Source: an uncultured bacterium
GTDB lineage: Bacteria; Oederibacteriota; Oederibacteriia; Oederibacteriales; Oederibacteriaceae
Assembly: GCA_965112635.1 (NCBI GenBank)
Contig: OZ218778.1
Location: 576,001 to 640,000, forward strand
Length of the DNA: 64,000 nt
Direction: 5' to 3'
The translations under genes and the position numbers were made by a program. The notes under the pieces are model-generated. The model saw nothing but the letters and a program-made list of their open reading frames with translations. It searched no databases and was not told the DNA's origin. The stretch's first letter is position 1. Every line of letters starts with the position of its first letter. Of this stretch, positions 55,989 to 64,000 are shown piece by piece.

Positions 55989-57470
55989 CTATTTGAATTC
56001 CAGGACCACATCGTTGGAGCTGACGGAATAAAGTTTGTTCTTATAAATATAAAGACCTGTGGCCTTGCTGGTGGTCCTTCTCTGCTCTTGGGTGAGGGGA
56101 GCACTGCCTTCATGCTTTAAAAGATAGAACACCTCTCCCTTAGCGCCCGCGCTTACCGGTCCCTTGACCACGAATTCCACGGTGTGGTTCGCGGCCGAAT
56201 ACCGTCCTCCCTGGCTGAGGTCTCCCGTTTCCAGGAAGTCTGGCACGCTGTCAACGATCTTAAAACCCTTGCGCAGAGTTACTAGGGCCGTCCAATCGAT
56301 CTTATAGACGAGCTGTTGGCCGCCTGCTTCATCAGAAGTGGTAATGGCCACGGATTTACTGAGGGTCAGGGCCGCTGCCACAGACTGAGGGGTGAGCGTG
56401 GCTGTGGGCTGGAGTTTGACCACATTTTCAACAGAGGACACCGGGACGGCCGGGGCCGCTGACTGGCTCAAAGCCGCTGGGGTCTGGGTGTCCGCCGGCA
56501 TGACTGCCGTGGGCTGGGATGCGGACATTGCCGCGGCCACAATGACGGTCGGGATCGTTTCCGGTTTGGACGCGATGGCGGGGACCGGAGTTTGGGTGAA
56601 AATAACCTCATAGGCAACAGCCGGCACCGTGCTTGTCGCTATAGGAACAGAGACCGGAGTTGCCTCCGCATTAGCTTCCTCAACCGGAGTCGCAGTCGCT
56701 TCTGCCTCTGCCACCACAGTGGCCTGGCTGGTCAGAGGAAGATTGAACAATCTCCTGAACAGGGTCTTGGAGCCTGAAACCGGCAGGAATACCTGCTCCG
56801 GGCTGATGGGCCCTGACCCTTTGCTGTTTGGGGTGTTATGTTGAAAGCTGATGCTCGCCGGGTTGCCGGGATTGTTTTGTGCTTGATTATTTGTTGAGGG
56901 TTGGGATTGGCCGGAGTTGTCGTCTGTTTCTCCTTCTTTATGATAACTGATCCCTTCCACCCCTAAAGCTGTTTCCGGATTGACGGGTAAAAGCAGGTTG
57001 GTCCTGGCGATTTGGTAGGCATCGTTCCACCACCCGCTGTCGTCGAAATCCAGATTTTTCCATCCCTTGGGTGGAGGAAGAGCGGTCTCGTTGCTTTTAT
57101 ACCTATACATGGTATGGGAGACATCTTCGTCCCCGCTGGTGAAATAGTATTTGTCGCCGTTATCGAGCATGACGGCGATCACGTAGGCCACGACATCGGG
57201 ACCGTAGGTGTTATCGAAATTGATCGCCAGGATATTGTCAGATTTGAATATGGGGACATCAATCTTGGTTTTATTGACGGATTGCCTGCTGACATAATAA
57301 TAATTTGAAGAAAGGGGATACACCGTGGCAATGTTCACGCCGTTGAGATAAAAGACAGCCCGGCCTCCCGCAGAGGCTAAAATATTGGCTGAACGAACTT
57401 GGGCCGCATAGGTTCCTAAGGGTAGGAAACAAAACGAAAGTAAAAACACCCATAAAAAGGTTTTACGCAT
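55989..57470 (-). CDS. Secreted protein: galactose-binding-like domain, long A/P/T linker, DUF11-like C-terminal domain
   Basis: Signal peptide; FYLNG, NILAI, PKGWKNLDFDDSGW; low-complexity linker; LTLSKS...YKI...IVDSVP. Confidence 0.6.
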   Translation of the reverse strand: MRKTFLWVFLLSFCFLPLGTYAAQVRSANILASAGGRAVFYLNGVNIATVYPLSSNYYYVSRQSVNKTKIDVPIFKSDNILAINFDNTYGPDVVAYVIAVMLDNGDKYYFTSGDEDVSHTMYRYKSNETALPPPKGWKNLDFDDSGWWNDAYQIARTNLLLPVNPETALGVEGISYHKEGETDDNSGQSQPSTNNQAQNNPGNPASISFQHNTPNSKGSGPISPEQVFLPVSGSKTLFRRLFNLPLTSQATVVAEAEATATPVEEANAEATPVSVPIATSTVPAVAYEVIFTQTPVPAIASKPETIPTVIVAAAMSASQPTAVMPADTQTPAALSQSAAPAVPVSSVENVVKLQPTATLTPQSVAAALTLSKSVAITTSDEAGGQQLVYKIDWTALVTLRKGFKIVDSVPDFLETGDLSQGGRYSAANHTVEFVVKGPVSAGAKGEVFYLLKHEGSAPLTQEQRRTTSKATGLYIYKNKLYSVSSNDVVLEFK

Positions 57471-57688
57471 GACCCACTCCTTCAGGCCGGCAGGCCAAGG
57501 GAAGATTTGATGCGGCCAAACAGACCGGCCCACGTCTTTTTCGACAACTTTAATCTTATGTCTATGAACGGTCAAGGCAAATTTGTCAAAATGAATCGGC
57601 AAAATGATATGTTTTCACCCTGCCCTCTGCCGGATGATTTTTAAAAAAACAAATGCTATCCTGTTGTCATGGAAGAAAGGTTTTGCCC

Positions 57689-58438
57689 ATGAAACTAAAA
57701 TCTTTTTGTTCCGCTTTCGCCTGTATCTTCTTTATCAACCTGGCTATCCCAGCCCATGCCGGAAGCCGGGATGGCAAAATAGGTTTGACCGCGATTTTCG
57801 GCTCTTCAGCGCTCAATTTTCAGGACATCAATAACAACTATCTGCAAGATACGGGATATAGCATCCCCACCGGCTACCAGTGGGGCGGCGAAATATCCTA
57901 CGGCTTCTCAAAAAATATTGTGGGATTTTTGGGGGCCGATTATATGACTGCCAGCACGGCCTATACTCAGGTTTTTATCGACAATTTAGGCGACACCCTC
58001 ACTTACAACGGCACGCTTTCCTTGCCCGTCATGTCCTTGGGATTCGGGGGTTATTATGTCGTGCCTGATTTAGGCGAAAACCTGGATGTCAAGGTGGGTT
58101 TCAGGGCAAGTTACGATTTTCTGAACAGTGCCAGCGACTCAGGGACCTTTACCTTTGCCGATTCAAATGGCAATGCTTTGGAGCCTCCCACCCCTTCTAC
58201 CTTGAACTTTTCCGGTGACACTTTTGGCATAGAGTTCCTTGCCGGGTTTGACTGCTTCCTGCTTCCCTGTCTTTCCGTGGGCATGGATGTGGGATACCGC
58301 TTATCCAAAATAGGCACCGTGACCTTTGAGGACCCGGACTCCGGCCAGACCGCCACGCTCCAGGATACCAACGGCAATAATATTGGAGTGGATCTAAGCG
58401 GCGCCCTGATGAGATTCAACACCAGCCTGTACTTCTAA
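57689..58438 (+). CDS. Small outer membrane beta-barrel protein
   Basis: Signal peptide ending AHA; alternating beta strands (GGEISYG, GFGGYY, GMDVGYR); ends SLYF. Confidence 0.7.
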   Translation: MKLKSFCSAFACIFFINLAIPAHAGSRDGKIGLTAIFGSSALNFQDINNNYLQDTGYSIPTGYQWGGEISYGFSKNIVGFLGADYMTASTAYTQVFIDNLGDTLTYNGTLSLPVMSLGFGGYYVVPDLGENLDVKVGFRASYDFLNSASDSGTFTFADSNGNALEPPTPSTLNFSGDTFGIEFLAGFDCFLLPCLSVGMDVGYRLSKIGTVTFEDPDSGQTATLQDTNGNNIGVDLSGALMRFNTSLYF

Positions 58439-58441
58439 AAA

Positions 58442-58861
58442 CTACCTCTTGGCCCACATCACCAGCATGGCGCCGGCAATATAGGCAGCCACCCACCAGC
58501 CATAAGCTCCGAGAGAATAAAAATGCAGGTTGTTCGGTATCCTGGCCTCTTTACCGTTCTTTCTGCGGAACTGCCTCAGCCAGAATATATCCACCAGCAT
58601 CACGGTCAGGGCTGAATAGCCCAATAAGCCGTGCAAGGTAATGGGAATACGGTGCGAACCCAATATCATCAGGCAGGTAGCGGACAGGTCCAGGAATATG
58701 CCCGTCAGATAAAAACTCATGACCTTGCCGGTCACTGCCCTGCTCCTGCTCTCCAAAATAATTGCTATGGTATAGGAGATTAGGGCCAGGTTGACCACGC
58801 TCATACCCGCGATCAGCAAAGGATTAAGCACTGATAACCTTTCTTTCTTTGAGCGGCTCAA
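58442..58861 (-). CDS. HsmA-like (TIGR03987-like) four-helix membrane protein
   Basis: ALISYTI, GIFLD..AT.LM, TLHG..G..AL..M, YS..AY..W..AY..G pattern. Confidence 0.6.
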   Translation of the reverse strand: MSRSKKERLSVLNPLLIAGMSVVNLALISYTIAIILESRSRAVTGKVMSFYLTGIFLDLSATCLMILGSHRIPITLHGLLGYSALTVMLVDIFWLRQFRRKNGKEARIPNNLHFYSLGAYGWWVAAYIAGAMLVMWAKR

Positions 58862-59310
58862 TCATTCCAGCTGTTCCCCGTATAAATTTTTCCCAAAATT
58901 CCTTTTTTCAATTTGGGCAGGAGTGTTTTCAGGAACACCGGATAAATGGTCAGGCGTTTCAGCTCCGTTAGGGGAATAAATTTTACTTCTCTTAGGATGC
59001 CGGTCTCTGCCCTGACCGCCTTGCCGCTGGTGATGCTCGCCTGGAAAACAACATTGAGGATATGCCGGCGCCGGTCAGCCGGGATGGAATCGTGGACCAG
59101 GACCAGCTTTTGGACCTTTATTTTTAGCCGTGTTTCTTCCCAAATCTCCCGTTGGACTGCCTGCGAGAGCGTCTCCCCATACTCCACTCCGCCTCCGGGC
59201 AGGAGCCAGTACTCCCTTCCCTTTTTCCTGTGTTTGACCAGCAAAACTTGGTTGCCTCGGAAAATTGCCGCCGCGGCCCGCAAACGGGGATGGCGCTTAC
59301 TGTGCCTCAT
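58858..59310 (-). CDS. NUDIX hydrolase
   Basis: Nudix box GGGVEYGETLSQAVQREIWEETRL. Confidence 0.92.
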   Translation of the reverse strand: MRHSKRHPRLRAAAAIFRGNQVLLVKHRKKGREYWLLPGGGVEYGETLSQAVQREIWEETRLKIKVQKLVLVHDSIPADRRRHILNVVFQASITSGKAVRAETGILREVKFIPLTELKRLTIYPVFLKTLLPKLKKGILGKIYTGNSWND

Positions 59311-60557
59311 GGCTTCTCCTTTTCCATCCTGAATTCTTCCACCATACCCAGCAGATGATGAGGGATGGCGGCCGTTACCGTCACGCCCTTAGCTCCATAA
59401 CGCTCGCTGACAATAAACGACTTTTGTTTTAAAAAAGCATGCACTGAACTCCGCGAGTAGGGTATGCGCAGTTTAATTTCTGCCGGTCTGGCCAGCAATG
59501 GCCCCAGCCGCTGTCCCAGTTCCTGGATATGGTCGCCATGGAGAGCCGAACAAACAAAAGCTTCTGGGTTTTCCCTGCGGATGGTGTTCAGGATAGTTTT
59601 ACTTTTGAGCAGGTCGGACTTGTTGAATACCATGAGCACCGGCTTATCACCGCATTTCAAGTCAGCCAAAATTTCCCTGACTGTTTTTACCTGTTCGCTG
59701 TATCCCGGATGGCTGGCGTCCACCACATGGACCAGCACATCGGCCTCGGTGATCTCTTCTAAAGTAGCCTTAAAAGCCGCCACCAGCTCCACAGGCAAAT
59801 GGCTGATAAACCCGACCGTATCGGTCAGGAGCACGGTCTGTTGGTGCTGACCGAGATACAGCTGGCGCGTGGCTGGGTCCAAAGTGGCAAACAACCGGTC
59901 ATCGGCCAGTTGGTTCCCCTTGGTCAGCGCGTTGAACAAAGTGGTCTTGCCGGCATTGGTATACCCGACCAGGGCGAACACAGGCACATGGTCGCGCTGG
60001 CGTTTTTTGCGGGACATCCCGCGCAGGTTGCGTATCTTCTCCAGCGACTGCTTGAGCATATGGATGCGGTGGCGTATCCTGCGGCGGTCGGTTTCCAGCT
60101 TGGTCTCGCCGGGTCCCCGTGTGCCGATACCTCCGCCTTGCTGGGAAAGCAGAACACCCTTGCCTGTCAAACGCGGCAACATATAGTTCATCTGCGCCAG
60201 TTCCACCTGGATCTTGCCCTCGTTGGTGCGTGCCCGTTGGCTAAAAATATCCAGGATCAATCCCGGCCTGTCCACTATCTTGGCCGGGATGGTTTCGTCG
60301 AGGTTGCGATACTGGTTGGGTTTGAGCAATTCGTTGAAAATGACCAGGCTGGCGGATTGGGCTTTGACCATCCCGGCGATCTGGACTGCTTTGCCGCTCC
60401 CGATATAAAAAGCCGGGTCAGGACTGGAACGCTCCTGCACCACTTCCGAGACGATCTGCGCCCCGGCCGTGCGGGCCAGTTCGCGCAACTCTGCCAAAGA
60501 CGCTTCCATCTCCGGGCTTCGGCCTCGGCTGAGCGCCACTAAAATCGCTTTTTCCAA
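59307..60557 (-). CDS. hflX: Ribosome-splitting GTPase HflX
   Basis: ELRELARTAG, LILDIF.QRA, GPGETKLE, GYTNAGKT, LFATLD, DTVGF, NKSD. Confidence 0.97.
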   Translation of the reverse strand: MEKAILVALSRGRSPEMEASLAELRELARTAGAQIVSEVVQERSSPDPAFYIGSGKAVQIAGMVKAQSASLVIFNELLKPNQYRNLDETIPAKIVDRPGLILDIFSQRARTNEGKIQVELAQMNYMLPRLTGKGVLLSQQGGGIGTRGPGETKLETDRRRIRHRIHMLKQSLEKIRNLRGMSRKKRQRDHVPVFALVGYTNAGKTTLFNALTKGNQLADDRLFATLDPATRQLYLGQHQQTVLLTDTVGFISHLPVELVAAFKATLEEITEADVLVHVVDASHPGYSEQVKTVREILADLKCGDKPVLMVFNKSDLLKSKTILNTIRRENPEAFVCSALHGDHIQELGQRLGPLLARPAEIKLRIPYSRSSVHAFLKQKSFIVSERYGAKGVTVTAAIPHHLLGMVEEFRMEKEKP

Positions 60558-60577
60558 AAGTAAACCTCCAGATATTA

Positions 60578-61357
60578 TTAATTCCTACAGGGAGACGCTC
60601 TTAGTACCAAAAAAGATAAACACCCCTGACAGACTAAAACTAAAACCACGGCCAGGCCAAAGGCCCAGGCAATGCCTAGGGGCACCAGGCCCCAGGCCAG
60701 CACTACACAAAACACGGCAAACGAACCCATGCCTATCAATGACCCGGACAGCAGGCGCACCGCTCCTTTTGGCCCGTACTGGTGCTGGCTCATCCCGGCC
60801 ATGATGGTGTTGACCACTGGAATGGGAGCCAGCAGTCCGCTCAAAGCCGGCCCCAAATTATTGGCCGCAAAAGTTAAAAGTAAAACAACAACCGCGGTAA
60901 TGGCCATCCGCAAAGGAATGTCCCAGCGTAACGCCGCAGGCGTTCTCAGGTCAGCGGAATGGCTGGGAAGAAAACGGTAAGCCAGGAAAAGCGCTGCCTC
61001 AGCCATGACCAAAGACACAAGGATACCCGCGGAAAAATTCATGAGAAGCAAAGTAAAAAGAGCGTAACTTAGCCAGCTCCCTATCACGCTCCAAAAAATC
61101 CCCAATCGTTGGCTGATCCAGCTATAGGTCAGGGCAAAAGCCGCGAAACAAACTACAGCCTGGCTCGTCTTCAGCGCTGCCTGGGAAGCAAAACCCGTTC
61201 CCTGTTCCAGGCTGTATAACAATAGTATGCACCCGGCTATTACCGGCAGTCCGGCAAATACTCCGCCGGCCTTGACTCCCCAACGTCTGCTGCCTAGGGT
61301 CGCTCCGGCCACTAGGCACGGGGCCAGTACTATTTTTAGGACCAGCAACCAAGTCAT
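60578..61357 (-). CDS. Hypothetical 8-TM membrane protein with internal duplication
   Basis: Two similar halves (WGVKAGGVFAGLPVI / LGPALSGLLAPIPVV). Start set at ATG 61357 because the upstream extension lies in a REP element. Confidence 0.7.
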   Translation of the reverse strand: MTWLLVLKIVLAPCLVAGATLGSRRWGVKAGGVFAGLPVIAGCILLLYSLEQGTGFASQAALKTSQAVVCFAAFALTYSWISQRLGIFWSVIGSWLSYALFTLLLMNFSAGILVSLVMAEAALFLAYRFLPSHSADLRTPAALRWDIPLRMAITAVVVLLLTFAANNLGPALSGLLAPIPVVNTIMAGMSQHQYGPKGAVRLLSGSLIGMGSFAVFCVVLAWGLVPLGIAWAFGLAVVLVLVCQGCLSFLVLRASPCRN

Positions 61358-61384
61358 GCTTATCGTCTTCCCCCTAAAAAAAAT

Positions 61385-61495
61385 CCCTCTCCCCACGGGA
61401 GAGGGCTGGGTGAGGGAGTAATTTTCGGCAATGCTTTCACCCTCACTCTTTTTAGTCCCCGTATGGCGACCTCTATCCTCTCCCAAAGGGAGAGG
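61385..61495. repeat. Inverted pair of REP-like palindromes (CCCTCTCCC-N3/4-GGGAGAGGG type)
   Basis: CCCTCTCCCCACGGGAGAGGGCTGGGTGAGGG at 61385-61416; CCCTCAC...CCTCTCCCAAAGGGAGAGG at 61440-61495. Confidence 0.75.
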
Positions 61496-61518
61496 AAACT
61501 ACTGCGAAGCATCATTAT

Positions 61519-62487
61519 TTACTTCCCCAATATCTCGTTCAGTACTTTGGCCAATCTGACCCCGGCCCGGCTGAGCCGTTCTTGGATGAGAGGATACATC
61601 TGGTCCTCATAATCCTGCCCATAAGCGGGTATTGAGCCGTCATGGGGAAAATCCTTATATATTTTATCCACGCCTATCTTGTGGCTCTCCGCTACCCACT
61701 CCTCCAAAACGCTTCCCTGCCAGGCTTTGATCTGTCCGGGCTTCAAACCCTTGATGATCTCTTTGGCTATCACCTGGCTGGTCTGGCCCTGCTTTTCTAT
61801 GATGGAGTAGTCAAAAATAATATGCAGCCTCTGTTCCTCCCCGAAAAACCTGACCACCTTGAGGTTTCCTCCGTTATCCCCGTTGTGATGAGCCGGTATT
61901 TTGGAGGCTGGTATATTGATAAAACTGTCAGTGGTACAGTGCAAAGGCTGGTGGATATCCGCCACAAAATGGACTATAAAAAACAACGCCTTGAGCCGCT
62001 CGGTTGGGCTTTGTGTTTTATCCCCCAATATCCGGCTTTGGTTCTTTATCTGTTCCACCACGCAGGCCTGGTTGGGACAATAACGGACCAAATCCCCTGG
62101 CCCTATAGTTTTTACATCAGTGGGTATATCAATGAAATGCCAGGCCTTGGTTTCCTTGTGGTTCACTCCCCATCCGTCCGGCCAGTTGGATATCAGAGAA
62201 AGGTTTAGTTTCTTACTTTTGTCTAAGAAAACCGCCAGAGATTCATCTATATATTGGTAGGGAAAAACATCGGCATGGGTTTTTAACTGGCTGGCCTGCA
62301 CCTGGCTGTCTTTGCGCAAATCATCCAAAGCCTGGATAGTGGACGGCTGGAGCAGGGATTGAGCCACCATGGCCGCGACCTCATGCCCCGTCCTCGCCCA
62401 GCTATAACTCAGAGTAGGCAAGGTGATGAAAAAGGCTATGAGACCCACGATTAGTTTTTTACCAACAAAAATATTTTCTCTTTTCAT
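61519..62487 (-). CDS. S1/P1 nuclease (secreted)
   Basis: Signal peptide then W..TGH; NWPD, WHFID, VHFVADIHQPLH, DNGGN, LH..FD, RLSRAGVRLA. Confidence 0.92.
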   Translation of the reverse strand: MKRENIFVGKKLIVGLIAFFITLPTLSYSWARTGHEVAAMVAQSLLQPSTIQALDDLRKDSQVQASQLKTHADVFPYQYIDESLAVFLDKSKKLNLSLISNWPDGWGVNHKETKAWHFIDIPTDVKTIGPGDLVRYCPNQACVVEQIKNQSRILGDKTQSPTERLKALFFIVHFVADIHQPLHCTTDSFINIPASKIPAHHNGDNGGNLKVVRFFGEEQRLHIIFDYSIIEKQGQTSQVIAKEIIKGLKPGQIKAWQGSVLEEWVAESHKIGVDKIYKDFPHDGSIPAYGQDYEDQMYPLIQERLSRAGVRLAKVLNEILGK

Positions 62488-62544
62488 TTTTCTTCTCCTT
62501 CTAAAAAAACTCATCAAAAATTATGGCTTTTCCAAAAAAATTAT

Positions 62545-63627
62545 TCAATCCCCGCAGTTTTTACAGACCTTTTGCCAGGCAACGCCGGGAAACAGGGGTA
62601 TATAGGGTCCTTTACCCTGGCTGGCCAGTGTTTTTAGCTCGCTGATGCGGTCCTCGGTCCGGGGATGCGTGGAAAAATAGGTCAAAAGGGCCGGCGTATC
62701 GCTTTGCTCTTCCAGGACGCTGAAAAACCGGACCATACCCACCGGGTCGACCTTTGCCGCCAGGAGCATCCCCAAGCCTTTGCGGTCCGCCTCTGCCTCG
62801 TCATCCCGGCTGAACTTCAAAAGCGACAGCGCCCTGACCCCTCCCCAGCCCAGAGAACCGGCCTCCCTGCCGGCCAATATCGAGAACAGGATCAGGGTGG
62901 AGGACTGGCTGATCATTCGCCGGGTGGCGTGACGGTTGAGCACATGCTGCATTTCATGGGCCAGCACCCCGGCCATTTCCTCGGGGCTGTGCGTCTTGGC
63001 CAAGAGCCCTGTGTACACCACGATGGTGCCGCCCGGAAAAGCAAAAGCATTGATCTCTTTGTTTTTAACAACCATGACTTTGAACTGGTAGGGGCAATCC
63101 TTGACCGTAGAGACCAGCCTCTGGACAATACCCTGGACAGCCTGCTCGGTCTGGGCATCATGGCAGCGTTGGCTGGCCGGAATGGCTCCGTGGAATGCCG
63201 CCTCTCCCATGCTTCTTTCAAAAGAAATAGGAACATACGGGGTGAGCAAAGAAGCCAGGTAGGGCACGCCCCAGACCATGAGGCTGATGAACACGGCCAA
63301 TAGTCCCAGGCCCCAAAAGATCCCGCGGTAGGCGCTGGCAGTTGAGCGGAACAAATGACGGGCCTCTTTGGGCCTGGACTCGTTGAGATGGCGGAGGAAC
63401 CTCGCGTCAAACACCACCAAATCGACCCCGGCCCGCTCCAGCCTGACCGGATCGCCCGGAAGCCCGTGCCTGACCCTTTTGATCTCGCTGTAGGGCCAGA
63501 CCCGTTCGGTCCAGCTCTCGGCGGTGATGCGCAGTCCCTGGGGCGAGAGGCGGACTTTGACGCTGGTGCGCTGGCCCTGCTTTTCGGCGAGCAGTCCGTC
63601 CCAGCCATTGTCAGGTAAAGTATCTAT
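62545..63627 (-). CDS. M48 family zinc metallopeptidase with N-terminal cytoplasmic domain (start uncertain, possibly ATA)
   Basis: INAFAFPGG, GVLAHEMQH, FSRDDEAEAD, STHP..EDRI; one TM. Confidence 0.88.
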   Translation of the reverse strand: MDTLPDNGWDGLLAEKQGQRTSVKVRLSPQGLRITAESWTERVWPYSEIKRVRHGLPGDPVRLERAGVDLVVFDARFLRHLNESRPKEARHLFRSTASAYRGIFWGLGLLAVFISLMVWGVPYLASLLTPYVPISFERSMGEAAFHGAIPASQRCHDAQTEQAVQGIVQRLVSTVKDCPYQFKVMVVKNKEINAFAFPGGTIVVYTGLLAKTHSPEEMAGVLAHEMQHVLNRHATRRMISQSSTLILFSILAGREAGSLGWGGVRALSLLKFSRDDEAEADRKGLGMLLAAKVDPVGMVRFFSVLEEQSDTPALLTYFSTHPRTEDRISELKTLASQGKGPYIPLFPGVAWQKVCKNCGD

Positions 63628-64000
63628 GACCTTTTCTCCTTGACCGTGACGGCCGTGCCGTAGGCCAGGACCTCGGTGACGCTGGCAGAGATCTCGGTGG
63701 CGTCGTAGCGCATGCCCACGACGGCATTGGCGCCGATCTCGGCCGCGCGCTCGCACATCAGATCAAAGGCCTCCTGCCGGGCCTGTTCGCACAGCTCGGT
63801 ATAGATAGTGATGTTGCCTCCGAAAAACCGCTGGAATCCCGCGGCCATGTTGCCCAGCGCCCCTCGTGAACGCACCGTGATGCCGCGCACGATACCGATA
63901 TTTTTGGTTACGTCGTGCTTCCTCAGGACAAAGGCCGAGGTGACCAGGTTGTGGTCAAGTTTGCCATTGCCGGAAACGGTCTGGCCTGGGCCTGTCCCGC
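63624..64000 (-). CDS. YbjQ/UPF0145 family protein (partial, starts beyond window)
   Basis: VTKNIGIVRGITVRSR, FFGGNI..YTEL..QAR..A, GANAVVGMRYD, EVLAYGTAV; frame open to the window end. Confidence 0.9.
   Translation of the reverse strand, partial: GTGPGQTVSGNGKLDHNLVTSAFVLRKHDVTKNIGIVRGITVRSRGALGNMAAGFQRFFGGNITIYTELCEQARQEAFDLMCERAAEIGANAVVGMRYDATEISASVTEVLAYGTAVTVKEKRS

Overview
Bacterial chromosomal window of about 55% GC (estimated by eye), probably from an anaerobic diderm lineage. I saw no CRISPR array, prophage, transposase or rRNA. Housekeeping content: split archaeal-type glutamate synthase genes, citrate synthase, echABCDEF-hypA [NiFe] hydrogenase, pepA-coaD-rsmD-recG/rpmB, mreB, tRNA-Asp and tRNA-Val, argS, class II fba and hflX. 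Most interesting accessory content: (1) three tandem, divergent, very large SLH + coiled-coil + beta-barrel outer-membrane proteins preceded by three lipoproteins with carbohydrate-binding-like domains and a CcdA/TlpA pair, a candidate SusCD-independent glycan capture or envelope system; (2) a divergent GH94 phosphorylase co-oriented with a URO-D/MtaA-fold protein and two esterases; (3) a PorV-like barrel coupled to a cargo-less protein with a T9SS-like C-terminal domain; (4) a membrane receptor fusing an RsbW-type kinase to a HAMP-PP2C phosphatase, next to STAS, degenerate GGDEF and HD-GYP genes; (5) a structured ~195-nt leader with a small ORF and alternative helices ahead of a SIS/PfkB operon; (6) several REP-like hairpin clusters. 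All calls come from motif recognition by eye; no database searches were run.
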